From Octopus vulgaris (Eukaryota), in NCBI GenBank assembly GCA_951406725.2, contig OX597819.1:81034001-81098000 (forward strand): a stretch of 64,000 bases of DNA, written 5' to 3'. The notes beneath the pieces were generated by a model that saw only the letters and a list, made by a program, of their open reading frames with translations, had not been told where the DNA came from and did not search any database. Made by a program: the position numbers and the translations under genes. Positions 15,203 to 28,294 of the stretch are shown in pieces (the first letter of the stretch is position 1; every line of letters begins with the position of its first letter).

Positions 15203-15264
15203 GTTCAGTGGTAGAATACTCGCCTCCCACATGGGTGGCCCTGGATCGATTCTCGGCTGATGCA
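15203..15264 (+). pseudogene. 5'-truncated, degenerate tRNA-Gly relic
   Basis: GTTCAGTGGTAGAATACTCGCCTCCCACATGGG..GGATCGATTCTCGGCTGATGCA matches eukaryotic tRNA-Gly from the D arm onward. Acceptor 5' strand missing, T-loop mutated. Confidence 0.75.
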
Positions 15265-15279
15265 TATAAAAATGTCATA

Positions 15280-15633
15280 GGCATAGGAGTGGCTGTGTGG
15301 AAAGTAGCTTGCTTATGAACCACATGCTGCCGGGTTTAGTCCCACTAAACTTGGGCCAACCAAAGACTTGTGAGTGGATTTGGTAGATGGAAACTGAAAG
15401 AAGCCTGTCGTATATATGTATGTGTTTGTGTATCTATGTTTGTTCCCCCAACATTGCTTGACAACCGATGTGGTGTGTTTATGTCTCCATAACTTAGCGG
15501 TTCGGCAAAAGAGACCGATAGAATAAGTACTAGGCTTACAAAGAATAAGTCCTGGGGTCGATTTGCTCGACTAATGGTGGTGCTCCAGCATGGCCACAGT
15601 CAATTGACTGAAACAAGTAAAAGAGTAAAGAGT
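15280..15633 (+). mobile_element. SINE family A copy
   Basis: GGAGTGGCTGTGTGG..GTGGATTTGGTAGA..CTCCAGCATGGCC..GACTGAAACAAGTAAAAGAG. Confidence 0.85.
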
Positions 15634-16186
15634 TTCAAACACCAGCTTGATAGTGACAAAGTTATTTTACTATATTCTTCATTGTTTTCAAACTCATGAA
15701 ACAAAGAAGTGTATTTCATGGAAAATTTAGTAGCAAATGGGATTTTAACCCAAAGCAGTCTCCACAGAGAACTAGGATTCATTTGCAAATAAAATAAAGT
15801 ATGCCTTTTGCAATGTAGTAAAATGTATATAGAATTAACAGAGGATACATGTCAATAACCTATTACCTATAATGTAAAAGAAATGTAATTTATTCGTGCA
15901 GTAATCTTCATGCATTGAAGTTTCCCAATAACCACATATAAAAGAAGGTATGTACTGGTGTCCAGATATCACTGAATGTGTTTTAATGAATGTCATAAGT
16001 TAAGATGAAGACAAACTAGCGTGATCAGCATTTCTTCATGATAAATCCAATAAACTCATTACTCTCAACTGACAGTGTGTCAATAGCTGAATAGACAAAG
16101 AACCAGATACCTAATCATGAAAACTTGCCCTGTCCTTAGTGTTGCATTTTATCTATGGCAAAGTTAGACACTAACACTCAATGTTG

Positions 16187-16487
16187 TTTGTTCTTTCTCG
16201 AGCCATGCCTGGCTCATAAGGGCCGGTTTCCCGGTTTCTTGGCGTATAGGTTCCCCACCTGGATGGGATGCCGGTCCGTCGCAGGTGAGCTGCAAGATGC
16301 AGGAGGAAAGAGTGAGAGAAAGTTGTGGCAAAAGAGTCAGCAGAAGTTTCGCCATTACCTTCTGCCGGAGCCGCGTGGAGCTTAGGTGTTTCGCTCATAA
16401 ACACACACATCGTCCTTTCTGAGATTCGAACCCACGATCCCTCGACCGCGAGTCCGCTGCTCTAACCACTAGGCCATGTGCCTCCAC
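16187..16487 (-). mobile_element. tRNA-derived SINE family C
   Basis: Minus head TGTGGAGGCACATGGCCTAGTGGTTAGAGCAGCGGACTCGCGG..GGTTCGAATC. Related copies at 39035-39235 (+), ~17050-17270 and 49475-49635 (-). Confidence 0.82.
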
Positions 16488-17973
16488 AAACATACTCAAT
16501 GGCTGAAATCAATTTGGATTTTAAGTTACTGTTGTTTAGCTCAAGGTCAATGCAGGGAGAACTATGATCAAAGGCATTCTAGACGGGGCCATCCCATCTT
16601 TTAAGGAGTGCATAGAACCAGATTGTACACTGTGTTCTTTCCTTATTTAAGATGGTACTATGTGATTTACAAGAAATTTGGTAGTTGTTTACCATTAGTT
16701 GAAACAACGAAATGGAGCACCCTCACCATGATTACTAGCTAGTTACCATGGGTAGTATAGTTAAGTACTGTAAGTAGCATCAGCACTGAAGTTTTTTGTT
16801 TTGCTGTACTAAGTTCAATTCCTCTCACAAGAAAAGTTGTCTGTAGTTCTAATGAGGAAGATTTACATCTTATTTGTTTAATGTTGAAGAAGTTGAGAGC
16901 TGGCCTTGTGGATAGGAAAATATTAGCTTAACAATGCAAGTATACATATTTTTTCTTGCCATGAGTTCCAGGATTCATAAGACCAGAACTCCACTCAGTT
17001 TCCATGGCCACACTAAGTTAAGTTACCTTCTTAAGTCATACCGACTGATAAGGGCCAGTTTCCCAGTTTCATGACATATATATTCCCCACCTGGACGGGA
17101 CAATGGTCAGTCACAGGATTACTTATTTATGCCATCTAAGCGGACTGAAGCAACGTGAAATGAAGTGTTTTGCTCAAGAACACAACGCATTGGTCAGTCC
17201 AGTAATTGAAACCACAACCTTATGATCATGAGTCCAACACTCTAACCACTAAGCCACATGCCTTGAGTGAACTGGACAACATGAAATAAATGCACTGCCC
17301 GATCCAGGAATTGAAAACATGAACTTAAGACTGTGAGTGCAACACACAAACCACTAGGCCAAACGCCTTCAAAGTGTGAAGAGTGATGTTTCATAAACTG
17401 TGTATATAAAACATGGAAGTGAAAGTATATCAATAAATGTATGGGATGAAGAATTGTATAAAGAATTGAACATGCCGATGTTGAACGCAAGGGGAATAAC
17501 TCAAAGTATATGCTTCTCTCATGTAAATATAATTACAAATGCAAATCCTATGTAACAAAAGACGTGATTCAGTGAGCTGGAAGGCTCTTTAGCACACCAG
17601 GAAAAAGGCTTAGTGGCATTTCATCCACCTCTAAGTTCTGAGTTCAAATTCTGCCAAGCTTCTCTGCCTGTTTCTGTCAAACCGTCCAATTCATGCCAGC
17701 ATGGAAAATGGACATTAAATTTTGATGATGATGACATATGAGAAAGGTGGTAACAGAGCAATAAACTCTTACATGTATGCTTTTTATACAAGTTGCTTGA
17801 CCCACTAGAAACAGGCCAAGCAACTTATCTCCTTTTACTCTCTTCAAAAACAATAAAGGACACACTGAATAACGTAGTTCTGGATGCCCCTGAGAAAAAC
17901 AAACATGTCTGCTCAAATAGAGCTGACTTGAGGCTAACCAACAATAACTTAGACATGTTAGCATCATACTTAC

Positions 17974-18112
17974 CAATTTTACGAGGAAATGACATTGTGA
18001 ATAATGTTTTCCCGCAAAGAGCTAATCCAGCAACACACAAGCCAATTGAGAATATATACATAGATCGGTCCCGGATACCTCGTTTTTGCCACACTAACAA
18101 GCCATCTTCTTT
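17974..18112 (-). CDS. COX7A2L: COX7A2L-like coding exon 3, COX7A core with transmembrane helix (KEDGLLVWQKRGIRDRSMYIFSIGLCVAGLALCGKTLFTMSFPRKI)
   Basis: Acceptor ttctttttcag|AAA and consensus donor G|gtaagt. Aligns to KADGVPVYLKRGLPDQMLY-(TM)-MASQPK of the COX7A family. Confidence 0.9.
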
Positions 18113-18734
18113 CTGAAAAAGAAATAATATAAATTGATTAGAGTTTGAAGAATGCTATTAAAAGCTTCATTCTATGGAATGACTACTATCCAGTTTTCAA
18201 ATAATTTCAATAAAAACATTTTCCAATCATTTCTAAACAACCAAGAATTTAACACTCTAGCATTCAGATTACTTTGTCAAATGTATTGCTTATTTATTCA
18301 CATTACTGTGAATTAATCATGCATGACCTTGTAGTTTCAAGATTTCAATGGTGTATTTGTCTAATTTATAGAATGATATTGTAGGGTAGGTGTGAGAGGT
18401 TGGATCTGGTCAGTTTTAACATAAGACTTGTAGAATATTTTGGCTGGATATGGATGGATTAAATGTTGTCCAGTTTAACAGTACCACCTAAACCCCAGGT
18501 ACCTTTATTGGAGGAGTTCACTGTATTATAAACATTCAGGGTACATTTCCTGTTTTAGGATAACTTTCTTCCTTCCATCCGTTTTGGAAACCCTTATAAA
18601 AGTGTCATGGGATAATGTTCCCAATCAAGTGGTCTCAGGTTCAGTTTCACTGCACAGCAGTCTCCTACAATAACCAATAACTGCAAAGCCTTGAGAATGG
18701 ATTTCATTGATAAAAACTGAAAGAAGCCCATCAT

Positions 18735-19117
18735 GTGGCTGTGATAAAAAGCTTACGTTCCAACTACATTCTTCCAGGTACAGTCCCACTGTATGGCATC
18801 TTAGGCAAGTGTCTTCTTCTATAATCTTGGGTCAACCAAAGCCTTGTTAGTGGATTTGGTAGACAGAAACTGAAAGAAGCCCGTTGTATATGAGTGTGTG
18901 TTTGTGTGTATTTGTATTTGTCTCCACCATCACTGCTTGACAACCGGTATTGGTGTATTTATGCCCCCATAACTTAGCAGTTTAGTAAAAGAGACCAATA
19001 TAATAAGTACTAGGCTTAAAAAATAAGTCCTGGGATTGATTTGTTTGACTAATATCTTCCAAGGCAGTGCTCCATCATGCCTGCAGTCAAATGACTGAAA
19101 CAAATAAAAGAATAAGA
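18735..19117 (+). mobile_element. SINE family A copy
   Basis: Same diagnostic blocks; a further partial copy lies just upstream (~18620-18730). Confidence 0.8.
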
Positions 19118-19477
19118 TATTTAAAATATAATAATAATAATAATGAAATTATTGTATACAGTGCTCAGGTGCACCACAACTTGTCAGAAAGTGCATATAA
19201 AGTACATGCAGTAATGTAGAAATGTCTGGAAAGCGAACAATGTATGAGTCAGATACATGCTTGTGTGTGTATGGAGGGGAGAAAATCAAGTGTAGTGTTG
19301 GCGAATCTCAGGAAGCATAAGACTTTCCCAGAGAGCCATTTCCAATAAAATATAAGACACAAATATACTTGAATTATAAAGAACAAAATAAAGAATTTTA
19401 CTTTCAAATATAACAAAGCACTGGAGCATTGTTTCTAAATGCAGAAAAAGACATCCTTATCAATTAACTCTAATTTT

Positions 19478-19800
19478 TTACTTACTTAAGCCCTCCACTC
19501 CCTATGGAGTAACAAGGGCTATTGATGACTTTTACAACTGTTATCAACTATGGGCTGTCCTTTCTGCTTCACTGAGGGAAAGCCTTCCTCTCTCAAGTTT
19601 GGTTGGTTTTGAACTGTAATTGATGCTTCTGTAATTTTACCTTTTCTAGGTAGGAGAGTTGGCCATACACAAACCAATCTCTGGGGATAGTCTATCCTTT
19701 GACTTGGCCAGCATGGAGGGACCTACTAGGGACTTGAACTCTGCTAGCATAGTTTTCAGGGCTACTGAGGCATTCAAGTTACCACACTGCAACAAGGTCT
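19478..19800 (-). mobile_element. Short RTE-derived non-autonomous element (5' UTR joined to 3' end with TAAG tail)
   Basis: Minus strand begins CCTTGTTGCAGTG..TTGAATGCCTCAGTAGCCCTG..CTATGC..GTAGGTCCCTCCATGCTGG (RTE 5' UTR-like) and ends GGGCTTAAGTAAGTAA. Confidence 0.6.
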
Positions 19801-19887
19801 AGAACTTGTGGTGGAATTAATTCTAACTGGACAGATCAAATAAATGTATAGTATGTGTGTGTATATATATATATATATATATGTATA

Positions 19888-20101
19888 TCTTTTATCTTTT
19901 TCTTGTTTCAGTCATTACACTGTGGCCATGCTAGGGAACCACCTTGAAAAATACTTTGCTAAATGAATCAGGCCCTAGTACTTTTTTAAGCCAACAACTT
20001 ATTCTATCAATTTCTTTAGCTGAATTGCTAAGTTATGGGAATGTAAATACACAAACACCGATTTTCAAGCAGTGGTGAAGGATAAAAACACAGACACAAA
20101 G

Positions 20102-20140
<39 letters not shown>

Positions 20141-20326
20141 GAGAGAGATAGATAGATATGTATATATACGATGGGCTTCTTTCAGTTTCCATCAACCAAA
20201 TTCACTCACAAGGCTTTGATCAGCCTGAGGCTATAGCAGAAGACACATGCCCAAGTGGCACACAGTGGAACAGAATTTGGAACCATGTGGTTGGGAAGCA
20301 AGCTTCTTAGGATGCAGCTATGCCTG
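19888..20326 (-). mobile_element. SINE family A copy
   Basis: Reverse complement of the same blocks. Confidence 0.8.
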
Positions 20327-21780
20327 CGTCCATACATACATGCATACATATGTGCGTTTGTGTGTGTGTGTATTATATGAATGTTGTATATCATGCACGC
20401 ATTCAGACATATATAAATATAACTGCTGAGATTTTCAATACAAACAGCATTAAAAACAGTTGTAAACAATTTGAGATTTAAAAAGACAAACAAATAACAC
20501 AACTCTTGCATATTGAGTAAATGTGGAACTATTTCTATTACATTCCATGTACATTTTTATCCTCCTAAAATTTAGGACCTAAACATGGATACATGTGTCT
20601 ATCTACTATACTGTTACCTATATAAATATTATCTTCCTGACGTCTATGCAAGATGGCCAGCCTTTATTTATTGTTTGATATAATTATTAATTCCTCAAAA
20701 CGTAGATGAAATATAAAGTAACAGCTAAGAATTTACGTATAAATAATACAATGCTACAGTCGTTTTGTTAAGTCTGTGATCAAGGTACATAACTCTGCAT
20801 GCTCTACTCTAATTGTCATGCACGTTTCACCCTGCGCTTCTCTGATTAGTGGTTTAACAAGTAGGAAAAGCTTCAAACTAAAACAACTGTTCCTACAAAT
20901 TGATTATTCTACCCCTGGAAGCAATGGAATGTAGATGTAAAATCTCACATAAAGAAATATTAAATTTCAAATATTTGATTAACATTTAATTTTGTAAATT
21001 TCTTCGTAATCTCCATTTCAGGGCTGAACTGGAGTCGAAAAACAATAAAAAGGTCATTTTAAAAAAAATACTATACAGGTTGACCACAAAGTCTGGATAC
21101 ACTGATTTCTTTTTTTTTTTCCTTCCTCAGATTGAGTATGAGCTTGCCATTTTCACCAGTACTTTAATTAGAATGATAATCACCATAATTGTCATTGTCA
21201 GCACCATCAACATTTGTAATCAAACATTGATTCAAAATCAATTCTTCATGTTGTTTGGAGGTGCAGAGGTACCATAAACTACGGTCATGTATTTCTGTAT
21301 TAATCTAACGAGATCTGATTTATCAACTTCAACACAAAATTTTTTTTTCTTGTTCTGGCATTAGGAAGGGCAATCCAGCTGCAGAAACCATGCCAAATCA
21401 GACAGGAATCTGCTGCAGCTCTCCAGCTTCCCAGTTTTCAGTTAAGCTGTACAACCCATGCCAGCATGGAAAACAGACATTAAATGATGATGATGATGAT
21501 CTATGATCTAAACAACTTCTAAGACAAAACCATCACTGAAAGCTGCTATAGCAAAAAATCTTGACATCATCACAAACACTAAATACACCTTCTACTCGAC
21601 TTATGACTGAGTTCCATTCCGACTGACTGGTTGTAAGTCAATCTGGTCATATGTTGGATAATGCAACTGATGCTTGAAAGTGATTGAGTGAGAGACAGTG
21701 GCAGGCAGTGGATGCCTGGGTCTGAGGGAGGCCTGTGTTGCTAAATGCTGACAGTTATTGTATGCACAACTGCCCAACAT

Positions 21781-22106
21781 TCATCATCATCATCATCATC
21801 ATTTAGCGTCCACTTTCCATGCTAGCATGGGTTGGACGGTTCAACTGGGGTCTGGGAAGTCAGAAGGCTGCACCAGGCCCAGTCTGATCTGGCAATGTTT
21901 CTACGGCTGGATGCCCTTCCTAACACCAACCACTCCGTGAGTGTAGTGGGTGCTTTTTACGTGCCACCGGCACAGGTGCCAGACGGGGCTGGCAAACGGC
22001 CACAGTTGGATGGTGCTTTTTACGTGCCACCAGCACGGTGGTCAGGCGAGGCTGGCAACAGCCACGATCGGATTGTGCTTTTTACGTGCCACCTGCACGG
22101 AGGCCC
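21781..22106 (-). mobile_element. Family D copy (3' part also at 21355-21500 +)
   Basis: Reverse complement of the 1341-1658 blocks with (CAT)n. Confidence 0.75.
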
Positions 22107-22245
22107 GTAATTAATTATTTATCTATTTGTTTTTTTTATTTCCTTCTTTTTGTGGTCATAAGTGTCGATGGTTGTAAGTCGGAGAAGATGTATATGGGAA
22201 AGAAAAACCAAAACACACACAAAAAAAAAACAAACAATTATTTAC

Positions 22246-22422
22246 CAGAAAGAGTCTCTGTAATTCCATGACGCCTTTATAAGTAGATGTTTTGGGAACT
22301 AGTCCAAGTGCTGGACCTGAATATGCAGCTTCTGTCACTGGCTCAGGTACAACACGTGTTGTAATAACAGATTTGCTCTCAAAAGTCAGTGTAGAATCAA
22401 ATTTTCTCAATCGATTTAACCC
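22246..22422 (-). CDS. COX7A2L: COX7A2L-like coding exon 2 (GLNRLRKF...KGVMELQRLFL)
   Basis: Acceptor ttttcttgttgcag|GGG, donor CTG|gtaaat, 177 nt, phase 0-0, inside ORF 22156..22431. Starts GL and ends VMELQRLFL, matching VPELQKFFQ of COX7A2L. Confidence 0.9.
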
Positions 22423-22729
22423 CTGCAACAAGAAAACATAGAATAACCAAACAATTAAATCTTGTCAGGACTGCAACACTTCAAGAAGAAACTAAAGCAG
22501 ATAAATACCAATCATGAGACTTGCTTCTACTAAGCTCATTCCTAGAAAAGAATTTTGCTCTATTACATTTATAGATGATGACAGGGAGTGAATTTGGAGT
22601 ATCAATGCAATGTTCAGGTAAGGCCTCACCAACTATGGAATGGTATATACTGTGCTTTATGCTATTTTCCCCACAAGATCCAGTGATAAGTTAGGCCAGA
22701 TCTGGGCAGTTTGAACATAAAACAGGTAG

Positions 22730-25105
22730 ACGCTTATTTACAGATTAAAGTAAATGACAAATGCTCAAAGTATCTGACAATAAATGCACATAGCAGATTG
22801 TACTGATACACCTAGTTTACCTTTTGGATTAAAGGTTGCACCTGCAATATTTCAACAAATCATGGATGCTATGTTATCTGATTGTGTATTTGCAATCTCT
22901 TATTTGGACGATATACTGATTTAGAGTAATTTGCGTGAACAGCATGTGGAGCATATTAAAGCTGCATTCAAGAAAATTAAAGAGTACAGGTTCACTTTGA
23001 GTGAAGAAAAATGAGAATTCTTTTTGCCTCAAATTAAGTACTTAGGACAAATGAATGATAAAAATGGCAGACAGCCTGACCTGCCGAGAGCAGACACAAT
23101 AAAGAATATGCCTGCTCCAACAAATATAACAACATTACAAGCATTTCTTGGGATGGCAAACTACCACCAGAACTACATTCCTAACAATTACAAATTAAGA
23201 GCTCCACTGAATGACTTATTAAAAAAAATAAGTAGAAATGGTTGGTTAAATGCCAAAACACGTTTGAAGAAATAAAAAAAATTCTAATCACAGATTTGTT
23301 GCTAGTGAATTTCAATTCTGAAATGGACCTTGTTGTAGAATCTGATGCTTTGGAGTATGGAATAGGAATAGTTTTGCTACACACATATAAAGATGGAAGT
23401 ACAAAACCAGTGATTCAGGTTACATGCTCACAGCGACAGAGAAAAAATACAGTCAGATAGAAAAAGAAGCCCTATCAATTATCTTTGCTATGAAAAAATT
23501 TCATAGGTTTCTACATGGTAGAAGTTTTCTGTTACAAACATATCATTGACCATTCCTATCAATTTATGGTTCAAAGACAGGGTTACCTACCTATACAGCA
23601 AACCAACTACAACACAGGTATAATATTATTTAATTACAATTTGAAAATGCAGTATATTTCATCGAAAAATATTGATCATGCAGATTTTCTATTGAGACTA
23701 ATTCCCCAAAATATGGAACTGTTAGAAGAGACTGTGAAAGCTGCACTGCAGGCAGAAAATAAAATAAAAAGTATTATGACTAATGTTATCCAAGAACTGC
23801 CAGTGGCTGACAAGCTATAAGAATGAAATCTGTAGGCAATGAGTATATTACAAAAATGAAAGAAGCTTTAAAAAATGAGCAGAATAAAAATACAAATTCA
23901 AGTAGTTTCTCAATATGTGACGATATTCTGATGTATGCGCAAAGAGTTGTAGTTCTGACTACATCACAAAAACATATATTGCAGCAATTCCACAGTGGAC
24001 ACCAGGGAATGTCAAGGATGAAAGTTCTGATGACGCGCTACATCTATTGGCCGACTATGGACCAGGATATCGAAAATTTGGTGAGAACTTGTCGAGGTTA
24101 CGCACTTGCGGCCAGTTAAATATCAATTGTGGCCAGAGACTGAGAAACTATGGTCTAGGTTACATATTGACTAAGGCAGACCAGTGAGTGGCACTTACTT
24201 TCTAATCATGGTAGACAGCTGTACAAAGTGGCCAGAGGAATGTAGATGTAATAAACCAACTGCTAAGGGGGTTAATGCAGAATCGCACCTCTCCTTGAAA
24301 AATGCATTTTTTTAAAAACATTTTTTCAGATTTTATATGTCAGAGATTACAAATATGATGGGGAATTTAAATTTGGAAATGGTGGTTGGAAAAAAAATTT
24401 CAAAAAAGTTCAGGAAAGTTACCCACAAACTTGATGTTCATGAGAAGAATAAAATCGATTTTTGATAAGTTATTGCCAAAGAAAAATGGATGTAAAAGAA
24501 ATATTTTGAAGTAGGAGATAAAGTGCATTTTAAAACCTATCGAAAAGGTAAAGAAGGCTGGGAGGATGACCTTGTAACCAAAAAAATATGAAGTATGATA
24601 TATCAAATTAAAGGACCATGCTGTGAACATAACAGACACATAAATCAACTAGAGAGGAGACATACTGAAGAACGGAGAGAAATTCCTATGGAAGTATATT
24701 TTGATGTCTCAGCACCAAAAGTAATGGTATTCCATAGAATCAGCATGAGAAAATGGAAGCAGACCGAACACCTTGAGATAAGGCCAAAGTGAAAAAGATA
24801 CTCAAAAAGAATAATAATAAATAAAATTTCTTTATTCCTTTGGAACTTGAAATCTCAAAAGGGGAGATGTTGTGGTGAGAGTACAACACTCTCTGACATG
24901 ACCACTACATATAAATAGTAGTGGCCTGACACAGTTGGTAGTTTGTAGTTTGGTCTTCAAAGTCCAAGTACAGTTTACAGTTCAAGTTAGTGTGTTGGAA
25001 ATATTGATTGTTGTTTCATTGTGTTTGTTACTGCCGCTGTTTCTATTTTGTATTGTTATAACTTTGTTACAGTGTATTCTTTATCTTCGACACTATCAAC
25101 CATAC
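22730..25105 (+). mobile_element. Gypsy/Ty3 LTR retrotransposon relic (RT, RNase H, integrase, PPT, 3' LTR) in intron 1 of COX7A2L, antisense
   Basis: LPFGLKVAPAIFQ, YLDDILI, ESDALEYGIG, YSQIEKEAL, HSGHQG..YWP..C, WSRLHID. PPT AAAAGGGGAGA (24857-24867) followed by TGTTGTGG at 24868. LTR end approximate. Confidence 0.88.
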
Positions 25106-27450
25106 TATGATATTGGAGGTTTAAGAATATAAAAAAACATACATGTTGGTTTACAATTTAATAAGTAGTTTTCCACTACTGTCAAAAATGAAAACTAATC
25201 CTGAAGAGTTGTTAGGTAACAATGAAACCAGATAATTTCATTTTTATCTCATGTTGTTGAAAATACTCTAATACATTTTATAGAGGAATTAATTATTTAC
25301 TAATAGAAACTAACTTCCCAATCATATACTCTTGAGTTGAGTCCTACTGCATAGCACCCTGGGCAAGTATCTTCAGCAATAAGTTTGGGCTGACAAAAGC
25401 CTTGCAAATGGATTTGGTAGATGGAAATTGAAAGCAGTCCATTGAGTGTGTATATGTGTGTTTGTGTGTACTCTTGTCTAAATATCACAAAATGGTTGTG
25501 AATGAGAGATATCATCATACAGGCAAGGCTGCTCATTTCTAGTCTTATGTGAAAAACATGTTCAACTATTACCGTGTGCTTGGAAACAAGTGAGGGTTGG
25601 TGACAGGAAGGATATCTGGTCATAGAAAAATCTGCTCCAATGCATTCTGCTTAACTCTTGCAGGAGTAAAACAATGGATATATGATGATAAGTCTGATTT
25701 AGTATACACACACACCCATAGGTACTCTAGTAATTTTTATCATCTTTACCAATAAATTCATAACACATTAGTGTTATGAATTCATAACACTAATTCAATG
25801 AACAACAATAATTACAAAATAATTCCAAATACCATACCCAAGTGAACGTCTATGAATAACAATATTTCGGTCAGACTGCCCATCATCCAGGTTATATTTT
25901 GAAGTATATTTTAAACTAATAATCATTCTTCTCCACATTCTCAGCATTGTTGAGTCAGGAATTCCTGTTCTTTCTGTTCTCTTTTAATAGTTTAAAAAGA
26001 GGAGGAAAGGTCATAACTAGGATTCTTTACAGGGTTCCTGTAACTAATGACAAGAAGGAAGAAAGTTATTCTCAAACCAGTGACCTGGCCTAAATGCTTG
26101 CAACAGAATGGATTCTGCTATAAAGTACCCCATGTAGAGATGTTAAATCAGGTAAAGGATTACTTTGCCATTCAAGAATAGGAACAGTCCTTCTAACGGT
26201 TGTATACAAAGTTTCTGCAATAGAAAATTTCCTTCACAAGGTTATGTTAATTCACAACTATGGTAGATCACAATTGCTGAAAGTGCTAGGCAAAGGGATT
26301 GAATCCAGAACAAAACAGCCATGCCTGTGCCCTGAATTCCAGGGAAACTTGATGGTCAAGAGCAGCAAGAATTACTTCATAGATGCTATCTTCATTGAGG
26401 TACTTTTTCCAAATAAGCAGGAGATGGCATTAAGGCATACATTTGAAGTGGGAGGTTAATTCAACTATTAATTATATTTATTTGGTTGATCACAGAAAGA
26501 CATAAGGCAGAGCTCAAAATCAGTGCAAGGTATCCCTTCAACATTTTGCCCAGTGCTCCTACTGTATTTGCTAGCCATACACTGCTCTAAGGAAAGTTAT
26601 TAGGAAGATATTATGCTGATGTCTAGGGCAACAAGCTGGCAGAATCGTTAGCACATCAGATGAAATGCTTAGAAGCATTTCCTCAGCTCGTTGCATTCTT
26701 AGTTCAAATGCTGTTGAGGTTGACTTTGCCATTAATCTTTTCTGGAGCATTTGAACACTGGGGGGGGGGGGGCAATGTAATCAGCTACTCCCCTCCGCTA
26801 AAATTGCTAGCTCTGTACCAAAATTCTTTCTTATTTTTTTAGCGAGTATAAAAGAACAAGGGAACCTTTATACGGACGCTCAATTTTTCTGGAAACATCA
26901 GCTGAATCTCCCTCAAATCATACTCCAATATTATAAAAGGACACACAAGATAATGTAGCTTAGCATAAGCAATGCCTTCCTATCTTAAACAACAATCTCA
27001 ACGCACGCACACGCACAAAAATGAAGAACAAAAACTATAAAAATGTAAGGGAATCGACTACAAATGCATTCGCCAAACTGATATCAGCTCATATTTAAGG
27101 ATATGCAAGTGGTAAGCTATAGTAAAAGATCGCCACCGACATTTCTCCCCACAAGCCCCCAAATCACAACTGAAACGTCTTTGATCATAGATCTGCACAC
27201 TTAGGGGTAAGTAGGGCACCAAACAAAAAATGTGAAAGAATTTATTTGTATCACTATATCAATATAAATAGACGCTTTTCTGTAAAATATATTTTTTCGA
27301 TAGTTTAATGTAAAATCCCAAATGACATTCAAGTTTTTTTAGCTAATATTTCCGAAAGTAATATGAAACAAATAACGAAAGAATGGCAACTTTAATCCTG
27401 AAAATAAAACAAACCATACACATTATTACATACACATACTATATAAATAA

Positions 27451-27487
<37 letters not shown>

Positions 27488-27641
27488 TGTGTGTGTGTGT
27501 ACATACACACACATGAATCTATCAATAACAAGTAGTCTGCTTAGTCAAACGAATAGAGGTCTGTGGCGGTGTTAGTCAAGGACACAAAGCTTAGAAATAT
27601 ATAAATAATGATGCTGAAATATTATAAAGACTAAATGGTAC

Positions 27642-27713
27642 CTGAGGAGAATATGCTGCTTCCTGACTCGATGGGGCAATTTTGCCCCGTAAACTGTTAA
27701 ATTTATAGAACAT
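27642..27713 (-). CDS. COX7A2L: COX7A2L/SCAF1-like, coding exon 1 (MFYKFNSLRGKIAPSSQEAAYSPQ)
   Basis: Hand translation from ATG at 27713 gives 24 codons ending CAG|gtacc (phase 0). It closely resembles the vertebrate COX7A2L N-terminus (MYYKF...EAYSPQ). Too short for the ORF track. Confidence 0.9.
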
Positions 27714-27949
27714 TTTGAGAAAAACCGATCACCGAGAGGACACAAGTTTGTGAAAGGGCATACGAAAGAGTTACATTAAGAGGGGAGATAACTGACGATT
27801 TCTTGGTACGTCTCAAAACAGATTTATTCATTTGTTTACTTTTACTTAGAGCCAACATAGAAGCTTCTCATTGTAGATGCCTCACCTGCTAGAAATAGCA
27901 GCAAAATACCCCTCAAATAATATCTTACTTTAAGAAAGGTAAAATGCAG

Positions 27950-27974
27950 TATCCATCCATCCATCCATCCATCC

Positions 27975-28049
<75 letters not shown>

Positions 28050-28085
28050 AATCTATCTATCTATCTATCTGTCTGTCTGTCTGTC
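27950..28085 (+). repeat. Compound (CCAT)n(CTAT)n(CTGT)n microsatellite hosting the Tx1 array
   Basis: Directly visible; a second (CCAT)/(CTAT) run lies at 28220-28260. Confidence 0.95.
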
Positions 28086-28212
28086 TTTTTCTTTTTTGCA
28101 GGATCCCTTTTGATAGGAATTTTTTTTCCTCTTCCTTTTTTTCCCTATTCTTTTTTTCTTTCGAAAAGCCAAGCTCTACATTGTGTTCGGCCTTGTGTGG
28201 CTAATAAAGAAA
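28081..28212 (+). mobile_element. Severely 5'-truncated, diverged 3' end of the same Tx1 family
   Basis: Shares GATCCCTTTTGAT, AAGCTCTAC-TTGT and GTGTGGCTAATAAAGAAA with 34275-34382. Confidence 0.8.
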
Positions 28213-28260
28213 TTTATCCGTCCATCCATCCATCCATCCACCCACCTATCTATCTATCTA

Positions 28261-28294
28261 GCCCGGTGTGGCTAATAAAGAAACATATCTATCT
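28261..28294 (+). mobile_element. Tx1 3'-terminal stub, or long target-site duplication
   Basis: GTGTGGCTAATAAAGAAACATATCTATCT (28266-28294) is identical to 34365-34393. Confidence 0.8.

Noticed and set aside
15203-15264. Functional tRNA-Gly gene
   Set aside because: 5' acceptor strand missing, anticodon stem and T-loop mutated; treated as a relic.
26000-26460. Possible Tc1-like transposase remnant
   Set aside because: No intact diagnostic motif or TIR found.
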